The notes under the pieces are model-generated. The model did no database searches, had not been told where the DNA came from, and worked only from the letters and a program-made list of their open reading frames with translations. Shown one piece after another: positions 8,120-18,187 of a stretch of DNA of 35,230 bases (position 1 is the first letter of the stretch; the number at the start of each line of letters is the position of its first letter). The DNA comes from a bacterium (GTDB taxonomy: Bacteria > Zhuqueibacterota > Zhuqueibacteria > Oceanimicrobiales > Oceanimicrobiaceae). The stretch is taken from positions 1 through 35,230 of the forward strand of contig JBHHYI010000025.1 of assembly GCA_046757525.1 (NCBI GenBank), in the 5' to 3' direction. The translations under genes were made by a program, and so were the position numbers.

Positions 8120-10951
8120 CAGTTCTTTTCTTAAAAATTTCCCGGTGTAGGATTTAGCGGATTTTGCCACTTGTTCTGGCGTGCCGGTGGCAACGACGCG
8201 CCCGCCCTGGTCGCCGCCTTCAGGTCCTAAGTCGATGATATGATCTGCTGTTTTAATCACATCCAGATTATGTTCGATGACGATGACAGTGTTGCCTTTG
8301 TCCACAAGTCGGCTCAAAACGTTGAGCAGCATTTTGATGTCTTCGAAATGCAGCCCGGTGGTAGGCTCGTCCAAAATGTAGAGCGTTCGGTCGGTACCGA
8401 TTTTCGACAGCTCGGTTGAGAGCTTCACCCGTTGCGCTTCGCCGCCGGAAAGGGTGGTGGCTTGTTGACCCAGGTGAATATAGCCCAGGCCAACGTCGAA
8501 CAGGGTTTGCAGTTTGCGCTTGATTCTGGGAATTTTCTCAAAAAACTGCAAGGCCTCGCTGACCGTCATATCCAGGACGTCTGCAATGGATTTGCCCTTG
8601 TAGTGAATTTCGAGGGTTTCGCGGTTGTAGCGTTTACCTTTGCAGACTTCGCAATTGACGTACACATCGGGCAGAAAGTGCATTTCGATTTTGATGAGGC
8701 CGTCGCCCTGGCAGGCTTCACAGCGCCCCCCTTTGACGTTGAAGCTGAAGCGGCCCGGTTTGTAGCCGCGAATTCTGGATTCGGGTAGCTGGGCGAACAG
8801 ATCGCGAATGTGCGTGAAAAGCCCGGTGTAAGTCGCCGGGTTCGAACGCGGGGTGCGGCCAATCGGTGACTGGTCGATGTCGATGACCTTGTCGATATTT
8901 TCCAGCCCGTCTATTTTCGCATAGGCCAGGGGCGCCGTTTTGCTATGGTAAAAACGCTTCGCCAGGATGCGGTACAGCGTTTCGTTGATCAAGGTGCTTT
9001 TGCCGGAACCGGACACACCGGTGATGCAGTTAAACAGCCCCAACGGAATCTTCACGTCGATTCTTTTCAAATTATTTCCTGCGGCTCCTTTAAGCACGAT
9101 GAACCTGCCGGAGCCCTTGCGCCGACCGGAAGGAACGGCAATAGATTTTTTCCCGGAGAGATATTCTCCGGTCAAAGATTTGCCGTTCCCGGCGATTTCC
9201 TCTGGTTTGCCCTGAGCGACGACCTGGCCGCCGTGGACGCCGGCAGCGGGACCAAGGTCGACCACGTAATCCGCCTTTTCGATGGTTTCCCGGTCGTGTT
9301 CAACCACCAGGACGGTGTTGCCCAAATCCCGCAGTTTGAACAGCGTGCTCAGCAGCCTTTGGTTGTCTCTTTGATGCAGCCCAATAGAGGGTTCGTCCAG
9401 AATGTAGAGCACCCCCACCAGTTGCGAACCCACTTGCGTTGCCAGCCGAATGCGTTGTGCCTCGCCGCCAGAAAGGGTGCTGGCGCTGCGATCCAGCGTC
9501 AAATACTCCAGGCCCACATTTACCAGAAATCCCAGTCGTTCCCGGATTTCTTTCAGAATCTGATGCGCGATGACCTCGTCTCTCTCGCTCAACTTGAGTT
9601 GAGCAAAAAAAGCAAAGGCTTCGTTGACGGACATTGCCGTGATGCTCTGAATGTTCTTATCCTGCACCCGAACCGCCAGCGCCTCTTTACGCAGTCTGGC
9701 TCCGTGACACTCCGGGCATGGTTTCACGTTCATATACTGCTCGATGGTCGAACGGATGTATTGGGACTCGGTTTGCTTGTAGCGCCGTTCCAGATTGGGA
9801 ATAATGCCTTCGTATTTGGAAGTGAATTCCGCGTGAACATTCTTGCGTTCGCGGGTGTAAACGAATCTGATTTCCTCGCCGTCAGAACCGTGCAAAACAA
9901 TCCGTTGCTGCTGAGGCGACAATTTTTCCCAGGGCGTGTCCAGGTCAAACTCGTAATGCTCCGCCACCGCGCGAAGCTGATTGAAATACCAGCCGTCGTG
10001 GCTTTCCCCCCACGGCACCAGCGCCCCATGGCGCAAGCTGAGCTTGGGATTCGGCACCACCAGATCGGGATCGACTTCCATTTTCGAACCAAGTCCGTTA
10101 CAGACCGGGCAGGCCCCGTATGGACTGTTGAAAGAGAACATGCGGGGCGACAACTCCTCGTAGGAGATGCCGCATTCAACACAGGCAAAATGCTCACTAA
10201 ACAACAGCTCCTCAGGTTGCCTGTCGGTCTGGCCGTTGAGCACATCGATCAGGACGATTCCAGAGGCTATCCCCAGCGCCGTTTCCAGCGAGTCGGCCAG
10301 TCGGCCGTGAATCTTTGCATCCACAATCAGCCGGTCCACGATGATCTCGATGTTGTGTTTCTTGTTCTTGTCCAATTTGATGTCGGTGGCTAAATCAAAA
10401 ACCGCGTTGTCAACTCGCACGCGTACGAATCCGTCGCGGCGGGCCTCTTCGAACACCTCGCGATATTCGCCTTTGCGGCCGCGAATAATCGGGGCCAGCA
10501 CCTGGATTTTCGTCCCTTGCGGCATGGACAAAACAGCGTCCACGATTTGCTGCACCGTTTGTCGTTGCACGGGTTTGCCGCAATTGTAGCAGTAAGGCTT
10601 GCCAACGCGTGCGAACAGCAGGCGCAAGTAATCGTAGATTTCGGTGACCGTGCCCACGGTTGAGCGCGGGTTCTGGCTGGCTTTGCGCTGTTCGATGGAA
10701 ATCGCTGGCGAAAGGCCTTCGATGTAGTCGACGTCGGGTTTTTCCATCAGACCCAGGAATTGCCTGGCGTAGGCCGAGAGCGACTCCACGTAGCGTCGCT
10801 GGCCTTCGGCGTAAATGGTATCGAATGCCAGAGAGGACTTACCCGAACCAGAAATGCCGGTGATGACCACCAACTGGTCCCGCGGAATCTCCAGGTCGAT
10901 GTTCTTCAAATTGTGCTCGCGCGCACCTTTGATGATTATCTTATCTGGCAT
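8105..10951 (-). CDS. uvrA: Excinuclease ABC subunit A
   Basis: GAREHNLKN, two Walker A motifs ([16 protein letters not shown]), two LSGGEAQR signatures and Zn-finger CxxC pairs; 948 aa. Confidence 0.99.
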   Translation of the reverse strand: MPDKIIIKGAREHNLKNIDLEIPRDQLVVITGISGSGKSSLAFDTIYAEGQRRYVESLSAYARQFLGLMEKPDVDYIEGLSPAISIEQRKASQNPRSTVGTVTEIYDYLRLLFARVGKPYCYNCGKPVQRQTVQQIVDAVLSMPQGTKIQVLAPIIRGRKGEYREVFEEARRDGFVRVRVDNAVFDLATDIKLDKNKKHNIEIIVDRLIVDAKIHGRLADSLETALGIASGIVLIDVLNGQTDRQPEELLFSEHFACVECGISYEELSPRMFSFNSPYGACPVCNGLGSKMEVDPDLVVPNPKLSLRHGALVPWGESHDGWYFNQLRAVAEHYEFDLDTPWEKLSPQQQRIVLHGSDGEEIRFVYTRERKNVHAEFTSKYEGIIPNLERRYKQTESQYIRSTIEQYMNVKPCPECHGARLRKEALAVRVQDKNIQSITAMSVNEAFAFFAQLKLSERDEVIAHQILKEIRERLGFLVNVGLEYLTLDRSASTLSGGEAQRIRLATQVGSQLVGVLYILDEPSIGLHQRDNQRLLSTLFKLRDLGNTVLVVEHDRETIEKADYVVDLGPAAGVHGGQVVAQGKPEEIAGNGKSLTGEYLSGKKSIAVPSGRRKGSGRFIVLKGAAGNNLKRIDVKIPLGLFNCITGVSGSGKSTLINETLYRILAKRFYHSKTAPLAYAKIDGLENIDKVIDIDQSPIGRTPRSNPATYTGLFTHIRDLFAQLPESRIRGYKPGRFSFNVKGGRCEACQGDGLIKIEMHFLPDVYVNCEVCKGKRYNRETLEIHYKGKSIADVLDMTVSEALQFFEKIPRIKRKLQTLFDVGLGYIHLGQQATTLSGGEAQRVKLSTELSKIGTDRTLYILDEPTTGLHFEDIKMLLNVLSRLVDKGNTVIVIEHNLDVIKTADHIIDLGPEGGDQGGRVVATGTPEQVAKSAKSYTGKFLRKELKMKH

Positions 10952-11137
10952 GGCTTAGATTAAGAATAGTGAATGCTGTTTCGACAGAACAATATTGTCT
11001 TGCAAATTTCTCCCATAACTATTTCAGATCTTAAGAAAAAAGGGCTACGAGCTTGCACGAATTACAGATTTTCTTCCTCCTACGGCTTCTGATTCTCAAA
11101 TTATCAAATTTTCTGAAAAGGAAAATGCAATAATCCA

Positions 11138-12847
11138 TTAATACCCCACCGCAGCGCGATTCGGACTGCGCGGGTCGGCGGCACCTGTCAAGAAACCGCT
11201 TTCAGGGTCGATGAGGATGCCCATGGCGCGTCCCTGAGTTTCTCGCCAGACAATTCTGTGTCCCATCTTCTCCAGTCGTTCCACGGAATCTCTGGTGGTG
11301 CCACGTTCTTCAATTCTGATCACGTCCGGCAGCCATTGATGATGGAATCTGGGCGCATCGATGGCGTCGAAAATGTTCATTTGGAAATCGACCACATTTA
11401 ATATGGTCTGTAAGACCGTGTTGATGATCGTACGGCCACCCGGGCTGCCGATAACCATGAAAGTCTTGCCATCTTTAGCAACGATGGTTGGCGTCATCGA
11501 AGAGAGCATGCGTTTGCCCGGTTGCACCAGATTCGGTCGCGTACCGATCAGGCCAGTGGAATCGGTGTGTCCTGGCCACGCGTTGAAATCGCCCATTTCG
11601 TTGTTGAGCAGGAACCCGGCACCCGCCACCACAATTTTAGAGCCGTACCATTGTTCCAACGTGAAGGTGTTGGATACCGCGTTGCCCCTGGAATCCACTA
11701 CTGCGAAGTGGGTGGTTTCAGTGGATTCCGGCCCCCACTGAAAAGAATTGGGGTCGCTGTGGGAGGCTTTGTTCAAGTCGATGGTCTTGCGCAGTTCGTC
11801 AGCGTACGCCTTGGAAAGCAGCTTGTCCAGCGGCATATCAGGGTTGAATTCCGGGTCTCCCAAATAGCGTGCACGATTGGCAAAACCGCGCCGCATGGCC
11901 TCGGAGACCAGGTGAATGTAGGCAGCGGAGTTGTGCCCTAATTGGGTTAAGTCGTATTTTTCCAAAATATTGAGCATCAGCGCCAGCGTAACCCCGCCTG
12001 AGCTGGGTGGTGGCATCGAGTAGATCGTGTAGCCCCGGTAGGTCGATTCGATGGGCTTGCGAATAACAGCCTGGTAATCGGCCAAGTCTTCCCTGGTGAT
12101 TAAGCCGCCGTGCGCCTTCATGTCCATTTCGATGAGTTCAGCCGTCTTCCCTGAATAAAACCCTGCGCGGCCTTTGCTGGCGATTCTTTTCAACGTAGCC
12201 GCCAAATCCCTCTGCTTGAAAAGCTCTCCAGTCTCATAAGGTTCAACGCCGTTGCGCAAGAAAGCTCGAGCCGTAGCCGGATAGTCCTCAGAGGTCTGGC
12301 GCAGATAGGCTAAATCCTGGCTAAAAGCATAAGAGACCGGGTAGCCCTTCTCAGCTAACTCAATGGCAGGTTTCATCACTTGTTTCAGAGGCATGGTGCC
12401 ATATTTCTCCAAAGCTAAAGTCAGACCCGCCACGGTCCCCGGGACACCCACGGCCAGGTAACCCTTGTGGTTTAAGTTTTTGATCAACTGACCGTTTTCG
12501 CCTAAGTACATTTTTTGTCGAGCTGCTTTGGGAGCTTTTTCTCGATAGTCGACCGTCGCGGTGGTCCCGTCAGCCATGCGGATGACCACAAAGCCTCCAC
12601 CACCGATGTTACCCGCGGCCGGGTGTACGACGGCTAGAGCAAAACCCGTGGCAACAGCCGCGTCAATGGCGTTGCCGCCTTTCTTAAGAATGCTTACCCC
12701 GACCTCCGAAGCCAATCGCTCTGTTGACACGACCATACCGTGTCTGGCGTATACGGGCCATTTCTTGGCCAACACGATTGTGGTATTGAAGGAGACAGCA
12801 AAGAGAATTGCGCACAAAGCGGTCGAAATTTTCGACAATCCGTTCAT
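11138..12847 (-). CDS. ggt: Gamma-glutamyltransferase (secreted)
   Basis: Signal peptide, GGNAIDAAVA, GNIGGGGF, autocleavage site E-TTHF, LNNEMGDF, KRMLSSMTP and GSPGG. Confidence 0.97.
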   Translation of the reverse strand: MNGLSKISTALCAILFAVSFNTTIVLAKKWPVYARHGMVVSTERLASEVGVSILKKGGNAIDAAVATGFALAVVHPAAGNIGGGGFVVIRMADGTTATVDYREKAPKAARQKMYLGENGQLIKNLNHKGYLAVGVPGTVAGLTLALEKYGTMPLKQVMKPAIELAEKGYPVSYAFSQDLAYLRQTSEDYPATARAFLRNGVEPYETGELFKQRDLAATLKRIASKGRAGFYSGKTAELIEMDMKAHGGLITREDLADYQAVIRKPIESTYRGYTIYSMPPPSSGGVTLALMLNILEKYDLTQLGHNSAAYIHLVSEAMRRGFANRARYLGDPEFNPDMPLDKLLSKAYADELRKTIDLNKASHSDPNSFQWGPESTETTHFAVVDSRGNAVSNTFTLEQWYGSKIVVAGAGFLLNNEMGDFNAWPGHTDSTGLIGTRPNLVQPGKRMLSSMTPTIVAKDGKTFMVIGSPGGRTIINTVLQTILNVVDFQMNIFDAIDAPRFHHQWLPDVIRIEERGTTRDSVERLEKMGHRIVWRETQGRAMGILIDPESGFLTGAADPRSPNRAAVGY

Positions 12848-13090
12848 AACCCCTCCTGATCAGAAAGTAATAACGCGTTCGGATTAATATAAAAAAATAA
12901 CAAATCTATTAAAAGCAATTTTTTCTCCTACCATGTTTTTTGCTCAATTGCAACCTCAGCGGGGAACCAAATGGTTGTTGAACTGTGCAATAAATATGTT
13001 GACGCCAGGCCGGGAGAATACTCAGCCGGTGCGATGGAGCGAGTTGATAGAGGGGGGAGTGAGAATTGGCATTAACCTTAAAGGTTTTTC

Positions 13091-13119
13091 TTGACTTTCA
13101 CCATAATTTCAATTAATTT
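13091..13119 (+). promoter_or_regulatory. Putative sigma70 promoter of the uppS-envelope cluster
   Basis: TTGACT(13091-13096)-17 nt-TAATTT(13114-13119), followed by SD GAGGAG and a TTG start at 13155. Confidence 0.55.
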
Positions 13120-13154
13120 GATAGCTCTGGCTCAAGGAACGTGAGGAGTTCATC

Positions 13155-13934
13155 TTGCACGAGGACACCATAAAAGAACGCATCTTAAAGAAGGGCAATA
13201 TCCCGCAGCATGTTGCCATTATCATGGATGGTAATGGACGCTGGGCGCGCCAACAGCAGCTTTCCCGAGTTGAGGGACACAAAGAAGGTATCAATTCAGT
13301 GCGCGAGGTAGTACGGGCGTGCGGCGAAATCAATGTCAAATATTTAACGCTTTATACTTTTTCCACCGAAAACTGGAACCGACCTCGGATGGAAGTTTCA
13401 GCGCTCATGCGTCTGCTGCTCAGGACCATTCGGTCCGAAGTCGAAGAACTGGACAAAAATAATGTCAGGCTCATGACGATTGGCAACTTGAAAGATTTGC
13501 CCTTACCTGCCCGTCGGGGAATGGAACGCGCCATCAAAAGGTTACACAATAATACAGGACTGACGCTAAACTTAGCGCTTAGCTACAGCAGCCGCAAAGA
13601 GATTACCGAGGCTGTCAAACAGATCGCTGCTCAAGTAGGATCGGGTGAGATAACCCCTGATGAAGTGGATGAGAAGCTCCTCTCGCAACATCTCTACACC
13701 GCTTCCATCCCTGATCCTGATTTGTTGATCCGAACCAGCGGTGAATTGAGGGTCAGCAATTTTTTGCTTTGGCAATTGGCTTACACGGAAATCTACGTCA
13801 CAGAAGTCCTGTGGCCGGATTTTCGCAAAAAGGAATTCTATCAGGCCATCGAGTCCTTTCAAAATAGAGAACGTCGTTTCGGATTGGTGAGCGAACAACT
13901 GGAAAGACGACCGTCGCTTTTGGAGTCGCTTTAA
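13155..13934 (+). CDS. uppS: Undecaprenyl diphosphate synthase (isoprenyl transferase)
   Basis: HVAIIMDGNGRWA, FSTENWNRP, DLLIRTSGELRVSNFLLWQ and RERRFG. Confidence 0.98.
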   Translation: MHEDTIKERILKKGNIPQHVAIIMDGNGRWARQQQLSRVEGHKEGINSVREVVRACGEINVKYLTLYTFSTENWNRPRMEVSALMRLLLRTIRSEVEELDKNNVRLMTIGNLKDLPLPARRGMERAIKRLHNNTGLTLNLALSYSSRKEITEAVKQIAAQVGSGEITPDEVDEKLLSQHLYTASIPDPDLLIRTSGELRVSNFLLWQLAYTEIYVTEVLWPDFRKKEFYQAIESFQNRERRFGLVSEQLERRPSLLESL

Positions 13935-13961
13935 CTCGTACCGGAGGTACAGTCACTGGTC

Positions 13962-16900
13962 ATGCTTCGCAAGGTACTTCAAACCTTGACCTTAGGCAGC
14001 TTATTTCTCGCTGTTACCTTATATTATGGCTGGAACAAGCTCAAAGTCAATGATTATTTAAGAAGCTTTGTCATTTCCAAACTAAAGGCAACGATTGGCG
14101 AGCAGTGTAAGATCCAAGATGTAAGATTTGGGTTCGGCAACGTTCACATGCAAGGCGTGCAGCTTACATTCAAAGATGCGCCGTACGATCTTTGGATTCA
14201 AGACTTGCAGTTGGGTTACAGTTTGAAGAGCTTGTTGAAGGGCCGATTCGATCCTGAGAGAGCTTCCGAGGAAATCACCTTTTATAAGCCACGATTGACC
14301 TTAGCTTACAATCCTAACAAGAAGGCCATTTCAGATGTAGATCTGTCGCTGCAATTGGATGATGGTACTGCCGTTGACGCTCAGTACTTGTATTCCGCCT
14401 TACTCAAACAGTACGATTTCATCGAACGCATTACGATTTCAGAAGGAGAGATTCTCCTAGTCGATACCACGTCCGCCACGGAAACACGGGTAGCGCAAGA
14501 AATTAATGGTTGGGCCTACACCGATGACGAGAACCACGCATGGTTCCGCCTTGCAGGCCATATTTTTGATACAGACGATTACAACATGGTGCTCTATGGC
14601 CAACTGGACTTAAATCGGGGCGGCTTTGATTTCCTAAACGTCGATCTCCACAACTATCACGTCAACGAGAAGATTCCTTTGATTATCCCGGACTATTTTG
14701 ATGTCTTGGATGGCGTTGTCAACGGTCATATCGTCATAAAAGAAAGATTACAAGGTCCCCGAGGGTTCAACGTTGCTGGCAGTCTAAATCTGCGTGACGG
14801 GCGTCTGAAAATCGATTCAGAAAACCTCTATTTTGACAACATCTCATTAGACACCAAAGTCAACGACTGGAACCTGATCATCACGGATGCCAAACTCGAC
14901 GTCAACAACTCCCCCATGCGGCTTGAGGGCAAGATCAAAGATTTACTACATCCAGAATTTGATCTTCGCCTGACTTCGAACAAAATAGACATCGGCGCTT
15001 TTCTGACGCGGTTTCTACCCGAGAAGAAAATCCCCATCCAGGGCAATGCCGCTATTGAAGTGGCGATCACACACTCGTTGTTGAAGCCTTTGATCCAAGG
15101 GCGCGCGACTGCAGAGAGTATCCGCGTGTTGGGCAAGAAGCTAACCGACATCCAAGTGGATCTCGGGTACGAGAACGCGTCGCTAACGCTTCCGAAAATA
15201 ACCGGGTTGTTTCACGACGCCAGGGTAAGTGGGTCAGGCTCGATGGACTTTTCTACACCTGACCGCGTGGTAGGGCTGAAGCTGCAGGCCCATGGGGATT
15301 TCAGCAACGAATTGCAAGCCTTTGGGTTGACTTCGGCGCGTGAATGCCGCGGCGATATTGCGATGGATTTCTACGGGCCCATCAAACAGCTTACCAGTAC
15401 AGGTAGCTACGAGGTGCAATTGAGAAAGGGTGTGGACGATTATCTCAATTTAAATGGCAACATCAGTTACACTCAGGGCAGGTTTGCCCTCACCTCTGCT
15501 TCGACCAACAGCGATTTTAAGATGACCACCATTGTCAATGACGTCTTTAATAAGCATCGTTCAGCAGAGATTGAAGCGACCAATTTTGAAAACACGTTCG
15601 CGTTCAGCGATGATCCGAAAATTGAATACCTGAAAAAGCATTACAAGCTGAACCTGAAAGTGAAGAGTTCTGGGGACCGGGCCCAGGTACAGATTGACGG
15701 ATTTCGCCGGGATAATTATGAGAACCTGTTTCAGATTGACGCTGCCACCGAATGGGTAAAACACTCGAAAGCCGTTCACGGCAATATTACATTGTTCCCC
15801 TATTCAGCCGACCACATTGCCGGCAGCTTTGACCTGGAGATTTCAAAAGACCTGGTTCGTCTCAATAACTTTGAAATCGGCCATTGGCTTAGTGGATCTG
15901 CACAGTTGACTCGTGATAATTACTTACCACAGAAAGGTAAGTTGACCATTTCCGGAGCGCCTTTTTCTGCCTTGCTTGATCTTCTGGCCGCCCCGTCGCA
16001 AACATATCAAGGCAAACTTTATGGCCAACTCCTGCTGCACCGCACCGCAGGCAAGCCAGCTTACGACGGAAAGCTGTGGTTGTTGGACGCGTTCTGGCAT
16101 GGTGTGGGCCCGCTGAAAGCTGAAATGAGCATGCAGTTGGCTGACGGGACCCTCGAGGTTAAATCGCTCTCCATCGACAAATTTGATGCGCCATTTCTAA
16201 AGGGCGAGGGCCGCTATAATTTTGCCACCAAAGAAATGGAGGCTTCAATAGGTGGCTCAGATATCAAGGTAGCCGAAGTGGTGAAAATCCTGACGGGTAA
16301 AGACAAGATTGTGGCGGGGGATGCCTTTGTTCAGCTCACTTTGAAAGGGAAGGCTCCTAATGTTCCCGTTTATGGCAACATTGAAGTTCATCACGCCAAC
16401 ATACTCATGTTTAACTTTGATGAGGTTCTCCTCGATTTCGGCAGCGAGAATCATAAGAATGGCTCATTTATTTCGGGTGATAAACTCTATATAGGCAACG
16501 TAAAGCTGACCAGAGAGGATGCCTTTGCTTTGAATGGCACCGCGCTGCTTCCGTTTAAAGGCGACGCATCCATGGATGTGCAGCTTTCAGGAACCGGAGA
16601 TTTTTTGACAGCACTGACAGATTTAGAAGATTTTTTTGAAAGCTCTCGTAGCCATGGGCAGTTAGATTTGCATTTGACAGGCGCCTATACAAAACCGAGA
16701 TTCGCTGGGAGTCGCTTCACCTTCACCGACGGCTACCTAAAGTTAGCTTCGGTGGTAAACAAAATCAAAAACTTGGAAGGGGATCTTGCCGTCGAAAACG
16801 ATGACTATTTCCTAAATATCAAGGCACTAAAAGGAACCATAGATAAGCGCTCTTTTTCAATTTCCAACATAAGAGATTTAGCAACTCTTAATCAGCAGGA

Positions 16901-18089
16901 TTATGAACCGTTGCGCATTGCCGGGGATGGTATGAATCTCGGTGCCCTGGTTCTGCAAACAGATCCCCGCGGCGTACCGCTAAATATTCCTGGCTTGATG
17001 GAGCCACGGGAAATTGGTTGGTACTCTTTTGTTGGACGCACAGCCCGGGACAGATTCTACATAGCTGGTCCCTGGGATCGCCCAAAGGTGAGCGGGAAAA
17101 TTCAAATAAGAAACGCTAATCTCACCTATCCGTTCAACGATGGTTCTGGCAAAGACGACCCTCTGGTGATGAATATCCTGGACAACATCGACTGGGATGT
17201 CAAACTGGTGTCCGCCAAGGATACCCGCTATGTGAAGCAATTTCCTACTGCGGTCTATGTCAACGTCGAGCTGGACGAACAGAACAGCGGTCTCGATTTT
17301 ACAGGAGTCCTCAAGGATTCGACCTTCAGAATCGCCGGCAAAGTCGAGTCAAAACGCGGCACATTCGAATATCTGAATCTGAACTTCCGAGTCGATAAAT
17401 TCGGAGTGGAATTCAACAATGCCTCTCTGTACCCGGTCGTCTATGGCAAAGCCTGGACTGTGGTACGCGACACCTCCAACAATCCAAGCGATGTCTACCT
17501 GACCCTCTACACAGTGGACAACTTCACCAACCAGGAGGTACGCAAGGGCAGATGGAACCGAATACAAATTAAGCTCTCTTCGGAATATCCCAAGTTTGAC
17601 GAGACTCAGACTCAGCTAATGGCCACCCTTGGCTATTCGACCAAGAATATGGATTCCCAGGCCATTAACGCAGTGGGTTACAGCACCGATAATCTCTTGT
17701 TTCGTCCTCTCATGAGACCCATAGAGCGCGAGCTGGAACGCAAACTGGGCCTGGATGTGGTACGATTCAGCTATGCCATTACCAGAAATTTTCTGGACTC
17801 AAATTTTAACAATGAGGAGTTGCGCTCCTCTCTCTCATTCTTGAGGAGTAGCAAATTGGTGTTAGGAAAGTACCTGACCAGCGACCTCTATCTTCTATAC
17901 AGCGGTCAATTGGACGCTGGCATCGATTACCAGTTCAAGGACAAAGGAGTGGGACTGCGTCATTTCGTTGGCCTTGAATACCGCTTGAAACCAAGTCTGC
18001 TTTTTCAGGTTGAATACGATTACAATACTTTACTCGAAACCCATAAAGACGACAAAAAGTTCTGGTTAAGACATTCCTTTTTCTTTTAG
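13962..18089 (+). CDS. TamB/AsmA-like (DUF490-type) translocation and assembly module protein
   Basis: 1375 aa with an N-terminal TM anchor, a long beta-rich body and a TamB-like C-terminus (LVLGKYLTSDLYLLY...LEYRL...WLRHSFFF). Directly upstream of bamA. Confidence 0.75.
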   Translation: MLRKVLQTLTLGSLFLAVTLYYGWNKLKVNDYLRSFVISKLKATIGEQCKIQDVRFGFGNVHMQGVQLTFKDAPYDLWIQDLQLGYSLKSLLKGRFDPERASEEITFYKPRLTLAYNPNKKAISDVDLSLQLDDGTAVDAQYLYSALLKQYDFIERITISEGEILLVDTTSATETRVAQEINGWAYTDDENHAWFRLAGHIFDTDDYNMVLYGQLDLNRGGFDFLNVDLHNYHVNEKIPLIIPDYFDVLDGVVNGHIVIKERLQGPRGFNVAGSLNLRDGRLKIDSENLYFDNISLDTKVNDWNLIITDAKLDVNNSPMRLEGKIKDLLHPEFDLRLTSNKIDIGAFLTRFLPEKKIPIQGNAAIEVAITHSLLKPLIQGRATAESIRVLGKKLTDIQVDLGYENASLTLPKITGLFHDARVSGSGSMDFSTPDRVVGLKLQAHGDFSNELQAFGLTSARECRGDIAMDFYGPIKQLTSTGSYEVQLRKGVDDYLNLNGNISYTQGRFALTSASTNSDFKMTTIVNDVFNKHRSAEIEATNFENTFAFSDDPKIEYLKKHYKLNLKVKSSGDRAQVQIDGFRRDNYENLFQIDAATEWVKHSKAVHGNITLFPYSADHIAGSFDLEISKDLVRLNNFEIGHWLSGSAQLTRDNYLPQKGKLTISGAPFSALLDLLAAPSQTYQGKLYGQLLLHRTAGKPAYDGKLWLLDAFWHGVGPLKAEMSMQLADGTLEVKSLSIDKFDAPFLKGEGRYNFATKEMEASIGGSDIKVAEVVKILTGKDKIVAGDAFVQLTLKGKAPNVPVYGNIEVHHANILMFNFDEVLLDFGSENHKNGSFISGDKLYIGNVKLTREDAFALNGTALLPFKGDASMDVQLSGTGDFLTALTDLEDFFESSRSHGQLDLHLTGAYTKPRFAGSRFTFTDGYLKLASVVNKIKNLEGDLAVENDDYFLNIKALKGTIDKRSFSISNIRDLATLNQQDYEPLRIAGDGMNLGALVLQTDPRGVPLNIPGLMEPREIGWYSFVGRTARDRFYIAGPWDRPKVSGKIQIRNANLTYPFNDGSGKDDPLVMNILDNIDWDVKLVSAKDTRYVKQFPTAVYVNVELDEQNSGLDFTGVLKDSTFRIAGKVESKRGTFEYLNLNFRVDKFGVEFNNASLYPVVYGKAWTVVRDTSNNPSDVYLTLYTVDNFTNQEVRKGRWNRIQIKLSSEYPKFDETQTQLMATLGYSTKNMDSQAINAVGYSTDNLLFRPLMRPIERELERKLGLDVVRFSYAITRNFLDSNFNNEELRSSLSFLRSSKLVLGKYLTSDLYLLYSGQLDAGIDYQFKDKGVGLRHFVGLEYRLKPSLLFQVEYDYNTLLETHKDDKKFWLRHSFFF

Positions 18090-18115
18090 GCAGTGCAAAT
18101 TTGAACTTTTTTTTG

Positions 18116-18144
18116 TTGGAAATGGTTTAAGGTTTTGTTAAATT
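18116..18144 (+). promoter_or_regulatory. Putative promoter upstream of bamA
   Basis: TTGGAA-17 nt-TAAATT with an extended -10 TG. Confidence 0.4.
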
Positions 18145-18187
18145 CACAAACTTGCGTTATTGATGGAACGCTGCAAGGAGTCGTTGT

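Noticed and set aside
8945..10393. 482-aa plus-strand ORF
   Set aside because: Lies wholly antisense to uvrA with no recognisable motif; a typical codon-bias shadow. The same applies to shadows over MMPL, ggt, bamA and dinB.
10985..11000. Palindrome ACAATATTGT upstream of uvrA as a LexA box
   Set aside because: Does not match a LexA consensus I can support, and the lexA promoter is outside the window, so it cannot be cross-checked.
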